A stretch of DNA of 32,000 bases. Source: Vibrio vulnificus CMCP6. Lineage in GTDB: Bacteria; Pseudomonadota; Gammaproteobacteria; Enterobacterales; Vibrionaceae. Numbering within the stretch: the first letter of the stretch is position 1; each line of letters opens with the position of its first letter. Under the pieces are notes generated by a model. It searched no databases and was not told the origin of the DNA. It worked only from the letters and a program-made list of their open reading frames with translations. Positions 18,804 to 27,264 of the stretch are shown one piece after another. The stretch spans positions 1,350,001 through 1,382,000 of the forward strand of contig NC_004459.3 of the NCBI RefSeq assembly GCF_000039765.1, given 5' to 3'. The translations under genes were made by a program, and so were the position numbers.

Positions 18804-20300
18804 ATGAGCCGTGCTTTGCCTAATGTACTTGAACTGGATTCTCAAACCGAGCTTTTAGAACGTCTTGAGTTATTGACTAATTTTGGCTCCAACCTTATCA
18901 CTATTAATGGTGCTAAAGGATTTGGTAAGTCTTGGTTAGCGCAACGTTATCTTGAGCAGTATGCGCAGGAAAAAAATCAATGTTTAGTTCTGTGCCATCC
19001 TAGTCAAGATGAAAGCCAGCATCGCACGCTTATTCTTAGCCAGCTTGTCAGTGAGCCGTTGTTTAATCCGCACGATGCTTTGATTGAAAGTGCGGAGCGC
19101 CTTTTTGCTGATCAAGCTTGTGACTTTGCCATTGTTATTGATGATGCTCATCTGTTAAGTGAGGCGCTTGTCTCAGAGCTATGGATGTGGGTGCTGGAAG
19201 CTCAGGCTAACCCTCAATGGACCGTCAACGTCTTGATGTTTAGCGAATCAGGTCAATTAGAGTCACTGTTGACGCGCTTAGGCTACGGGCAGGAGCATAA
19301 ACCAGTCGACCTTGACATTGAAAGGCTGAGTGAAACGGAAGCGATGCGCTTTTTTGAAAACCTGGTGGTTCGTTACATCGACGAAGCCAATGAGAAAAAA
19401 GTGCGTGCCGCATTTAAGAAAGTAGACCCGATTCCAGGGGCAATTATGGCTTTAGGAGATCTCAAGGTGGAAAAAAGGATCATTATCCGCTCGATAGTGG
19501 CATCACCGGTAAATATCGTGCTCACCGTACTGATATTATTGCTGCTCGCCGCGGCAGGCTATTGGTGGATGTTCAGCCAACCAACTGCCGATGAGAAAGC
19601 GCAAGAGATTTCACGAACGCTGGAACAAACAGTGATTCCCACTTTAGAGCCCACTGCCGAAACCCAGGTGATAGATGCCGAGCAAAAAACAGAGCTGGCT
19701 CGACAGCAAGCCGAGGCATTGTCTTTACAAGGTGCACAAGATGATACCGACGCACTCCCCCCAGCGGTGAAAGAGATGACCACTAGCGTTGGCATTAGCG
19801 ATCAAGATCAGCAACGTGTTGTGATTGAGTCAGATGTCGTGGACGCATTGTTGGAAAATAAGCCTCAGCAGGCTGATACCAGTAAGATGGATGCCTTGGT
19901 GGCCGCGAACACGCAAACGACCCCTGTAATCGAAGCGGATGCGCCAGAAAAAATCAACCAAACGCCAGAACAGGATCAAGCGCCTGCTGTTGTGCGTTTT
20001 TCCTTTGCTCGTGAAGAGTTGAAAGCGTTGTCACCAAGAGGTTACACATTGCAACTGGCGGCGATGACGTCGTTGCAAGATGTTCAAGCCTTTTTAGATA
20101 AACACCAGTTGCAGAATCAAGTCCGTATTTATCCGACGCTGAGAAACGACACGGAGTGGTACATCGTGACCTACCGCGATTATCCCACTATTCAAATGGC
20201 TCGAGATGCGGTGAATGAACTGCCGAAATCTCTCCAGTCGCTTGGCCCATGGGCAAAATCGCTCAGTCAGGTACACCGAGAGATAGACCGAGTGAAATAA
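18804..20300 (+). CDS. damX: DamX-like cell-division protein: N-terminal P-loop NTPase domain, one TM helix, Q/E/A/T-rich linker, C-terminal SPOR domain
   Basis: 498 aa. Walker A GAKGFGKS (aa 36-43), Walker B FAIVIDDAH (D113/D114), TM at about aa 232-256, and a SPOR domain at about aa 412-492 (YTLQLAAM...EWYIVTYRDY...PWAKSLSQV) that resembles the E. coli DamX C-terminus. It occupies the conserved aroB-damX-dam position. Confidence 0.85.
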   Translation: MSRALPNVLELDSQTELLERLELLTNFGSNLITINGAKGFGKSWLAQRYLEQYAQEKNQCLVLCHPSQDESQHRTLILSQLVSEPLFNPHDALIESAERLFADQACDFAIVIDDAHLLSEALVSELWMWVLEAQANPQWTVNVLMFSESGQLESLLTRLGYGQEHKPVDLDIERLSETEAMRFFENLVVRYIDEANEKKVRAAFKKVDPIPGAIMALGDLKVEKRIIIRSIVASPVNIVLTVLILLLLAAAGYWWMFSQPTADEKAQEISRTLEQTVIPTLEPTAETQVIDAEQKTELARQQAEALSLQGAQDDTDALPPAVKEMTTSVGISDQDQQRVVIESDVVDALLENKPQQADTSKMDALVAANTQTTPVIEADAPEKINQTPEQDQAPAVVRFSFAREELKALSPRGYTLQLAAMTSLQDVQAFLDKHQLQNQVRIYPTLRNDTEWYIVTYRDYPTIQMARDAVNELPKSLQSLGPWAKSLSQVHREIDRVK

Positions 20301-20379
20301 ACCTGAGTTTCGTGGGAAAATATGTTACATTCCGCACCCTTGAAATTGGGTTGATAGATAGAGCAGTAAAGAGCATTCG

Positions 20380-21207
20380 ATGAAAAAGCAGCGAGCCTTT
20401 CTAAAATGGGCAGGCGGAAAATATGGCCTTGTGGAGGACATCCAAAAGCACCTACCGCCGGCTCGTAAACTCGTAGAACCTTTTGTCGGAGCGGGTTCCG
20501 TATTCCTCAATACGGATTATGAGCATTATCTTTTGGCCGATATCAATCCCGATTTGATCAACTTATACAATTTGCTCAAAGAGCAACCTGAGCTCTACAT
20601 CAGTGAAGCAAAACGCTGGTTTACGCAAGAGAACAATCGTAAAGACGCTTACTTGAGCATCCGTAGTGAGTTCAACAAAACCGATGACGTGATGTTTCGC
20701 TCATTAGCGTTTCTCTACATGAACCGTTTTGGTTTCAATGGCTTATGCCGTTACAACAAAAAAGGCGGTTTCAATGTGCCTTTTGGTTCGTACAAACAAC
20801 CGTATTTCCCTGAAGCGGAATTAGAGTTTTTTGCGGAGAAAGCGCAGAAAGCGACGTTTGTATGCGAAGGTTATCAAGAGACATTTCGTCGTGCACGCAA
20901 AGGGTGTGTGGTGTATTGCGATCCACCGTATGCGCCACTTTCAAATACAGCCAATTTTACGTCATACGCAGGGAATGGTTTCACATTGGATGATCAAGCT
21001 GCCTTAGCGGATATTGCGGAAAAAACCGCGAGCGAAAGAGGCATTCCAGTACTTATTTCAAACCACGACACCAAACTGACACGCCGTTTGTATCATGGTG
21101 CGGAGCTGAATGTCGTTAAGGTCAAGCGCACTATCAGCCGTAACGGCGGTGGGCGTAACAAAGTGGATGAACTAATGGCGCTTTTCCACAAGCCAGACAT
21201 CAGTTAA
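20380..21207 (+). CDS. dam: DNA adenine (GATC) methyltransferase
   Basis: 275 aa. MKKQRAFLKWAGGKY, the FVGAGS AdoMet motif and the DPPY catalytic motif are present. Collinear with E. coli Dam. Confidence 0.96.
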   Translation: MKKQRAFLKWAGGKYGLVEDIQKHLPPARKLVEPFVGAGSVFLNTDYEHYLLADINPDLINLYNLLKEQPELYISEAKRWFTQENNRKDAYLSIRSEFNKTDDVMFRSLAFLYMNRFGFNGLCRYNKKGGFNVPFGSYKQPYFPEAELEFFAEKAQKATFVCEGYQETFRRARKGCVVYCDPPYAPLSNTANFTSYAGNGFTLDDQAALADIAEKTASERGIPVLISNHDTKLTRRLYHGAELNVVKVKRTISRNGGGRNKVDELMALFHKPDIS

Positions 21208-21328
21208 CCCCATCGATTCATTCTCTACATTCACACTATTTCACCGAAATGGTGGATCTCCACACTGGCTTCGGTAAAATTGCGCGCACATTGGTTTGCT
21301 GTTTTGCTCGTGATTACTGAGGTCAGGT

Positions 21329-21997
21329 ATGAAAGATTTTCTTATTGCTCCATCCATTTTGTCTGCAGATTTTGCTCGTCTAGGTGAAGATGTTGAAAAA
21401 GTCTTGGCGGCTGGGGCGGATGTTGTCCATTTCGATGTGATGGATAACCACTATGTTCCGAACCTCACTTTCGGCGCGCCGGTGTGTAAAGCGCTACGTG
21501 ATTATGGCATTACCGCGCCGATTGATGTGCATTTGATGGTCAAACCGGTCGATCGCATCATTCCCGATTTTGCCAAAGCGGGTGCGTCGATGATCACCTT
21601 CCATATCGAAGCGTCTGAGCATGTCGATCGAACCTTGCAATTGATCAAAGAGCACGGCTGTAAAGCGGGTGTTGTACTTAACCCTGCGACGCCGTTGGCG
21701 CACCTAGAATTCATCATGGATAAAGTGGATCTCATTTTATTAATGTCGGTGAACCCTGGCTTTGGTGGGCAGTCATTCATTCCTCACACTTTGGATAAGC
21801 TGCGTGCAGTACGTAAGATGATTGATGCGACTGGGCGTGATATCCGCTTGGAGATTGATGGTGGTGTGAAAGTGGATAACATTCGTGAAATCGCCGAAGC
21901 GGGTGCGGATATGTTTGTTGCAGGTTCAGCCATTTTTGGCCAACCAGATTATAAAGCCGTGATTGACGAAATGCGTGCAGAGTTGGCTAAAGCGTAA
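21329..21997 (+). CDS. rpe: Ribulose-phosphate 3-epimerase
   Basis: 222 aa. [16 protein letters not shown] and [15 protein letters not shown] are near-identical to E. coli Rpe. Confidence 0.96.
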   Translation: MKDFLIAPSILSADFARLGEDVEKVLAAGADVVHFDVMDNHYVPNLTFGAPVCKALRDYGITAPIDVHLMVKPVDRIIPDFAKAGASMITFHIEASEHVDRTLQLIKEHGCKAGVVLNPATPLAHLEFIMDKVDLILLMSVNPGFGGQSFIPHTLDKLRAVRKMIDATGRDIRLEIDGGVKVDNIREIAEAGADMFVAGSAIFGQPDYKAVIDEMRAELAKA

Positions 21998-22006
21998 ATT
22001 CCAGAA

Positions 22007-22036
22007 GCGAGGTTGCTAGATGAGTAGCTTCCTCGC
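22007..22036 (+). terminator. Hairpin after rpe (probable terminator) whose 3' arm is the first degenerate unit of the repeat array
   Basis: GCGAGG (22007-22012) pairs with CCTCGC (22031-22036). After a TT/TT mismatch, GCTA (22015-22018) pairs with TAGC (22025-22028) around the loop GATGAG. T-rich repeat units follow (ATTCTAGTTTTCTAGTTTT). Confidence 0.5.
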
Positions 22037-22040
22037 ATTC

Positions 22041-22128
22041 TAGTTTTCTAGTTTTCTAGTTTTCTAGTTTTCTAGTTTTCTAGTTTTCTAGTTTTCTAGT
22101 TTTCTAGTTTTCTAGTTTTCTAGTTTTC
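22041..22128. repeat. Perfect tandem octamer array, block 1: (TAGTTTTC) x 11
   Basis: Counted directly: 11 identical 8-nt units from 22041 to 22128. Preceded by the degenerate units TAGCTTCC (22025-22032) and TCGCATTC (22033-22040). Confidence 0.98.
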
Positions 22129-22176
22129 TAGCTCCCTAGCTCCCTAGCTCCCTAGCTCCCTAGCTCCCTAGCTCCC
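22129..22176. repeat. Perfect tandem octamer array, block 2: (TAGCTCCC) x 6
   Basis: Counted directly: 6 identical 8-nt units from 22129 to 22176, in phase with block 1. Decays through TGGTCCC / TATCTTCC / TCGCTCTC to about 22200. Confidence 0.98.
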
Positions 22177-22218
22177 TGGTCCCTATCTTCCTCGCTCTCG
22201 GTTGTTTAAAAATACTCC

Positions 22219-22247
22219 TTGCTTAAACTGAGCCCTTTCTGTACTAT
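22219..22247 (+). promoter_or_regulatory. Candidate rpsF operon promoter
   Basis: TTGCTT (22219-22224), a 17-nt spacer, then TACTAT (22242-22247). An A/T-rich UP-like tract, GTTGTTTAAAAATAC, lies at 22201-22215. Confidence 0.5.
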
Positions 22248-22286
22248 TTGCCGTCCTTAAACTCGGTCAATAACCCTTAGTTCCTT

Positions 22287-22320
22287 GCTTCCTCTGGATG
22301 ACTGAGCCAAATGTGGAAGC
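22287..22320 (+). promoter_or_regulatory. Hairpin in the rpsF 5' leader (candidate S6:S18 autoregulatory element)
   Basis: GCTTCC (22287-22292) pairs with GGAAGC (22315-22320), followed by TAATAATCCGTAAGGAG, so a CCG lies next to the SD. The location is consistent with the published rpsF leader motif, but the assignment comes from memory of that motif, not from a covariance-model run. Confidence 0.3.
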
Positions 22321-22343
22321 TAATAATCCGTAAGGAGCAAACA

Positions 22344-22715
22344 ATGCGTCATTACGAAATCGTATTCATGGTGCACCCTGATCAAAGCGAGCAAGTTGCT
22401 GGCATGATCGAGCGTTACACAGGTTCTATCACTGAAGCTGGCGGTAAAATCCACCGTCTAGAAGACTGGGGTCGTCGTCAACTGGCTTACCCAATCAACA
22501 AGCTTCACAAAGCTCACTACGTTCTAATGAACGTTGAAGCGGACCAAGCTGTAATCGATGAGCTAGAAACTGCTTTCCGTTACAACGATGCAGTTCTACG
22601 CAACATGATCATGCGTACTAAAGCAGCTATCACTGAGCCTTCAATCATGCTTAAGCAGAAAGAAGAACGCGCTCCTCGTCGTGAAGCTGAAGCGAAAGAA
22701 TTCGCTGCTGAGTAA
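22344..22715 (+). CDS. rpsF: 30S ribosomal protein S6
   Basis: Start trimmed to ATG 22344 (AAGGAG 8 nt upstream). [18 protein letters not shown] is the canonical S6 N-terminus. Confidence 0.97.
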   Translation: MRHYEIVFMVHPDQSEQVAGMIERYTGSITEAGGKIHRLEDWGRRQLAYPINKLHKAHYVLMNVEADQAVIDELETAFRYNDAVLRNMIMRTKAAITEPSIMLKQKEERAPRREAEAKEFAAE

Positions 22716-22723
22716 TTGATTTT

Positions 22724-23026
22724 ATGACCAATCGAATGGAGCTGAGCGGCACTGTCGTGAAAGATCCGATTCGAAGCCAAAGCCCTGCTGGAATCTCACA
22801 TTGTCGATTTTGGCTCGAGCATCGCTCGGTAGTGGTTGAGGCGGATTTACCAAGACAAGTTTTCTGTCGAATGCCAGTGGTTGTCAGCGGTAAAGGGTCA
22901 CAAGACATAACTCAACAAATAGTTTTGGGCAGTAACATTAAGGTAAGTGGCTTTGTTGCTTATCAGACCGGCCGAAATGGCGTAGGTAAATTGGTGTTAC
23001 ATGCCGATGACATAATTCATATTTAA
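22724..23026 (+). CDS. priB: Primosomal replication protein N (PriB)
   Basis: 100 aa. MTNRMELSGTVVKDP...HCRFWLEHRS is PriB-like, an OB fold, and it occupies the conserved rpsF-priB-rpsR-rplI position. Confidence 0.93.
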   Translation: MTNRMELSGTVVKDPIRSQSPAGISHCRFWLEHRSVVVEADLPRQVFCRMPVVVSGKGSQDITQQIVLGSNIKVSGFVAYQTGRNGVGKLVLHADDIIHI

Positions 23027-23039
23027 GATCAGGAGATAG

Positions 23040-23270
<231 letters not shown>

Positions 23271-23303
23271 TCGGTACCGTTTATTAAGAAAGAGGATTAA
23301 ACA

Positions 23304-23753
23304 ATGCAAGTTATTCTACTTGATAAAATCGGTAACCTAGGTAGCCTTGGTGACACAGTAAACGTTAAGTCTGGTTACGCTCGTAACTTCCTTATCCCTC
23401 AGGGTAAAGCAGTTATGGCAACTAAAGGCAACGTTGAAATGTTTGAAGCTCGTCGTGCTGAACTTGAAGCAAAAGTTGCTGAGCAACTAGCTTCTGCAGA
23501 AGCTCGCGCTGAGAAAGTAAACGCTCTAGAAGCAGTAGTTATCGCTTCTAAAGCTGGTGACGAAGGTAAACTGTTCGGTTCTATCGGTACTCGTGACATC
23601 GCTGATGCAATCACTGCAGCTGGCGTTGAAGTTGTTAAGAGCGAAGTTCGCCTTCCTGAAGGTGCTCTACGTACAACTGGTGAGTTCGAAATCAGCGTTC
23701 AACTTCACTCTGAAGTATTCGCGACAGTTAAACTACAAGTTGTTGCTGAGTAA
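23304..23753 (+). CDS. rplI: 50S ribosomal protein L9
   Basis: 149 aa. [36 protein letters not shown] is canonical L9. Confidence 0.97.
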
Positions 23754-23777
23754 TATTCAGTATCAAGACGAAATTTT

Positions 23778-23806
23778 AAAGCACCTCTCTGAGGTGCTTT
23801 TTTTAT
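23778..23806. terminator. Terminator after rplI, probably also serving the convergent DUF481 gene
   Basis: AAAGCACCTC / TCT / GAGGTGCTTT followed by a T run to 23805. An A/T run on the left side gives partial bidirectionality. Confidence 0.8.
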
Positions 23807-23837
23807 TGCTTGAGTTTATCGTATCAGAGGATTGAGA

Positions 23838-24605
23838 TTAGAAAGCAAACAGCAGATTGACAGAGAACACGCTGTCAGCTTTGCTTAGACCATCGGGCAC
23901 TCGGTCGTGGTATTGGCGAGAGTGGGCGATCTTAAGGGCAATGTCTTCGGTAATGTTATTGGTCAAACTTAAATCACTGTCGGTTCGCGTATTGCTGTGA
24001 CCACTGACGACCGTAATATCGGCCGAGAGACGCAAATTCTCTAACGCTTGCCAACTGGTTTTTAAATTGCCACGGAAAATCCCTTCTTCGACGATTTCAG
24101 GGAAAATAATGTCATCGTCATCAATTTCATCCAGATTGGGCTCTTGATAACGAAAGCCAGGACCGAATTCGAACTCAAGTACAAAGGTATCCGTACTGGC
24201 AAACTGATAACCCAAACCCGCTGAAATTGTGTAGTCTTTGAAGTACGCACTGTAGCGTGAATCAATGCCTTTAAAGCTGCCGTAAAGGTAGGTCTTAGGG
24301 GATAACTTGTAGTCAGATTGCAGGCTGTAAGTTGACGTGCGCTTATCTTCTTCGCCATCTTTGTATAAATTGTAGAATTTCCACTCTCCATTTGAGCGGT
24401 GGCGACCTTCCGTGTATTCCCCACTGAGCCGTGCGTTGAGCGCTTGAGAATCCGAGTTGCCTGAGTGAGCTTGATAGCCAAACTCTACTTCACTTTTCCA
24501 CGGAGAGGGAAGGGCGATGTCCTTATCCAAATTATCTTCAGCATAAGCAGTTAGGCTAACGGCATATAGACCTAACGACAGAAACCAGCGATTGGACACG
24601 AACAC
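23838..24605 (-). CDS. DUF481 / YdiY-family outer-membrane beta-barrel protein
   Basis: 255 aa with a signal peptide ending AYA-ED and a C-terminal Phe. EFGYQAHSGNSDSQAL and LEFEFGPGFRY parallel E. coli YdiY (NAGYLAQSGNTKSSSL, FRFEFGPGVRY). Confidence 0.85.
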   Translation of the reverse strand: MFVSNRWFLSLGLYAVSLTAYAEDNLDKDIALPSPWKSEVEFGYQAHSGNSDSQALNARLSGEYTEGRHRSNGEWKFYNLYKDGEEDKRTSTYSLQSDYKLSPKTYLYGSFKGIDSRYSAYFKDYTISAGLGYQFASTDTFVLEFEFGPGFRYQEPNLDEIDDDDIIFPEIVEEGIFRGNLKTSWQALENLRLSADITVVSGHSNTRTDSDLSLTNNITEDIALKIAHSRQYHDRVPDGLSKADSVFSVNLLFAF

Positions 24606-24772
24606 CTCTTATAATGTGAGCTTATGGCTCAGGATAGTACGAACATACGAGAATAGGTGCGTCAGCCTAAAGTTAAAACTTGTCAGATGGGCAACAAACT
24701 CTGCATGCGGAGGCGCGCATCTTAAACCATTTTGAGTATAATGACGCTAAATATAAGTTACAGAGTGTAGTC

Positions 24773-26167
24773 ATGGCGGATAATCGAAAACGCAAAATTC
24801 CGGATAGCCAAGTAGATGCAATAAAAGTTCCTCCTCATTCCTTAGAAGCTGAGCAATCGGTGCTTGGTGGTTTGTTATTGGATAATGAACGTTGGGATAC
24901 GGTTGCTGAGCGTGTGGTCAGCAAGGATTTTTATAGTCGTCCCCACCGTTTGATTTTCGATGCCATTAAAAGCATTTTGGAAGAGAACAAGCCGCTGGAT
25001 CTGATTACCCTGTCCGAGCATTTAGAACGCCGTGAGCAGTTGGAAGATGTCGGTGGTTTTGCGTACCTTGCCGATTTGGCGAAGAACACGCCAAGTGCTG
25101 CCAACATTAATGCCTATGCTGATATCGTTGCTGAGCGAGCTTTAGTACGTAATCTGATCAGTGTGGCCAATGAAATTGCGGACGCGGGTTATGATCCTCA
25201 AGGCCGTAGTTCGGAAGATCTGCTCGATCTCGCTGAGAGTAAAGTATTCGCCATCGCGGAAGAACGCACCAGCGAAAACGAAGGCCCACAAAATGTCGAT
25301 TCCATTCTAGAGAAAACCTTAGAACGTATCGAGCTACTGTACAAGAGCCCGCAAGATGGTGTCACCGGGGTGGATACTGGCTTTACGGATCTGAATAAGA
25401 AAACCGCAGGCTTGCAAGGCTCTGACCTTATCATTGTCGCCGCACGTCCATCGATGGGTAAAACCACCTTTGCAATGAACTTGTGTGAAAACGCCGCGAT
25501 GGATCAAGACAAGCCTGTGCTTATTTTCTCACTGGAGATGCCCGCGGAACAAATCATGATGCGTATGTTGGCCTCTTTGTCTCGTGTTGACCAAACCAAG
25601 ATCCGTACCGGTCAGCTGGACGATGAGGATTGGGCGCGTATTTCTTCGACCATGGGTATTTTGATGGAGAAGAAGAACATGTACATCGATGACAGCTCTG
25701 GTCTAACGCCAACGGAAGTGCGTTCACGTGCGCGTCGTGTGGCGCGTGAGCATGGTGGTTTATCGATGATCATGGTCGACTACCTTCAATTGATGCGCGT
25801 GCCAGCTCTCTCGGATAACCGTACTTTGGAAATTGCGGAGATTTCTCGCTCACTGAAAGCATTGGCGAAAGAGCTGAATGTACCCGTGGTGGCCCTGTCG
25901 CAGTTGAACCGCTCGCTAGAGCAACGGGCAGACAAACGTCCTGTGAACTCGGATCTGCGTGAATCTGGCTCTATCGAGCAGGACGCCGACTTAATCATGT
26001 TCATCTATCGAGACGAAGTATATAACCCTGACAGCGCGCTGAAAGGTACGGCGGAGATCATTATTGGTAAGCAGCGTAACGGTCCTATCGGTTCGGTGCG
26101 GCTGACATTCCAAGGACACTGGTCTCGCTTTGACAATTATGCAGGCCCGGCGTTTGATGATGAGTAA
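24773..26167 (+). CDS. dnaB: Replicative DNA helicase DnaB
   Basis: The track starts at TTG 24680. The first ATG, at 24773, gives [37 protein letters not shown], matching E. coli DnaB. Walker A is ARPSMGKT. The size shows no intein. Confidence 0.95.
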   Translation: MADNRKRKIPDSQVDAIKVPPHSLEAEQSVLGGLLLDNERWDTVAERVVSKDFYSRPHRLIFDAIKSILEENKPLDLITLSEHLERREQLEDVGGFAYLADLAKNTPSAANINAYADIVAERALVRNLISVANEIADAGYDPQGRSSEDLLDLAESKVFAIAEERTSENEGPQNVDSILEKTLERIELLYKSPQDGVTGVDTGFTDLNKKTAGLQGSDLIIVAARPSMGKTTFAMNLCENAAMDQDKPVLIFSLEMPAEQIMMRMLASLSRVDQTKIRTGQLDDEDWARISSTMGILMEKKNMYIDDSSGLTPTEVRSRARRVAREHGGLSMIMVDYLQLMRVPALSDNRTLEIAEISRSLKALAKELNVPVVALSQLNRSLEQRADKRPVNSDLRESGSIEQDADLIMFIYRDEVYNPDSALKGTAEIIIGKQRNGPIGSVRLTFQGHWSRFDNYAGPAFDDE

Positions 26168-26171
26168 CACG

Positions 26172-27257
26172 ATGAATTACATGAAAGCCGCCACGGCTTG
26201 TATTGACCTTGTGGCTTTGCAACACAATTTGCAGTTGATCAAACAGCAAGCCCCGCACAGTAAGTTGATGGCGGTGGTTAAGGCAAATGGTTATGGTCAT
26301 GGTTTGCGTCACGTCGCTAAGCATGCGGTTGGTGCTGATGCCTTTGGGGTTGCGCGAATTGAAGAAGCGCTACAACTGCGAGCGTGTGGTGTTGTTAAAC
26401 CCATCTTGCTTTTAGAAGGATTTTACTCGTCGGGTGATTTGCCTGTCTTGGTGACCAATAACATTCAAACGGTGGTGCACTGTGAAGAGCAACTGCGCGA
26501 TTTGGAAAATGCTGAGCTGGAAACGCCTGTAGTGGTTTGGCTGAAAATCGACAGCGGTATGCATCGTTTAGGGGTTCGTCCTGAGCAATATCAAGCGTTT
26601 GTTGAGCGTTTGCATCAGTGTCCGAATGTGGCCAAGCCTTTGCGCTATATGAGCCACTTTGGTTGTGCTGATGAGATGAATAACGAGATGACGCCGAAAC
26701 AAATCGAGCTATTTTTATCGCTGACTCGAGGTTGCAAAGGTGAGCGCTCACTCGCAGCTTCCGCAGGATTACTGGCTTGGCAAGAAAGTCAATTGGAGTG
26801 GGTGCGACCGGGTATCATTATGTATGGTGTTTCTCCATTTGGTGACAAGACCGCCTCCGAGTTAGGCTACAAACCAGTGATGACCTTAAAGTCTCATTTA
26901 ATTGCGGTTCGAGATGTCAAAGCGGGCGAGTCAGTGGGATATGGCGCAACTTGGATCAGCGAACGCGATACCAAAGTAGGGGTAATTGCTATTGGTTATG
27001 GTGATGGCTACCCACGAACCGCACCCAACGGAACTCCCGTGTTGGTCAATGGCCGTAAGGTGCCGATTGCCGGTCGAGTCTCTATGGATATGCTCACCGT
27101 GGATCTCGGCCCCGACGCAACCGATCATGTCGGTGATGAGGCGATTCTTTGGGGCGCAGATTTACCAGCGGAAGACGTGGCGCAGCATATCGGCACCATC
27201 GCTTATGAGTTAGTGACTAAACTTACTTCACGCGTTGAAATGTCTTATAGCGAATAA
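26172..27257 (+). CDS. alr: Alanine racemase (biosynthetic)
   Basis: PLP-lysine motif [10 protein letters not shown], collinear with E. coli Alr. The start is uncertain. ATG 26172 (MNYMKAAT, 4 nt after the dnaB stop) and ATG 26181 (MKAAT, which aligns with E. coli MQAAT) are both possible. The track start at 26130 overlaps dnaB and is unlikely. Confidence 0.92.
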   Translation: MNYMKAATACIDLVALQHNLQLIKQQAPHSKLMAVVKANGYGHGLRHVAKHAVGADAFGVARIEEALQLRACGVVKPILLLEGFYSSGDLPVLVTNNIQTVVHCEEQLRDLENAELETPVVVWLKIDSGMHRLGVRPEQYQAFVERLHQCPNVAKPLRYMSHFGCADEMNNEMTPKQIELFLSLTRGCKGERSLAASAGLLAWQESQLEWVRPGIIMYGVSPFGDKTASELGYKPVMTLKSHLIAVRDVKAGESVGYGATWISERDTKVGVIAIGYGDGYPRTAPNGTPVLVNGRKVPIAGRVSMDMLTVDLGPDATDHVGDEAILWGADLPAEDVAQHIGTIAYELVTKLTSRVEMSYSE

Positions 27258-27264
27258 ATCAATA

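Noticed and set aside
22040-22171. Arguing that the array is special because CTAG is a strongly avoided tetramer
   Set aside because: CTAG is not obviously avoided in this window. It occurs inside highly expressed genes, for example aroK near 17179, rpsF at 22458 and rplI at 23338. The rarity argument known from E. coli cannot be assumed here without genome-wide counts.
22041-22176. Could the repeat array be a CRISPR array or a mobile-element end?
   Set aside because: The units are 8 bp and directly abutting with no spacers, far below CRISPR repeat size. There are no cas, transposase or integrase genes nearby and no terminal inverted repeats.
22129-22200. A minus-strand transcript (GGGAGCUA)x6 acting as a CsrA-type GGA-motif sponge sRNA
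   Set aside because: GGA motifs are present on the minus strand. However, I could not find a credible minus-strand promoter in 22200-22260, and the motifs are not presented in hairpin loops as in CsrB-family RNAs. It remains only a remote possibility.
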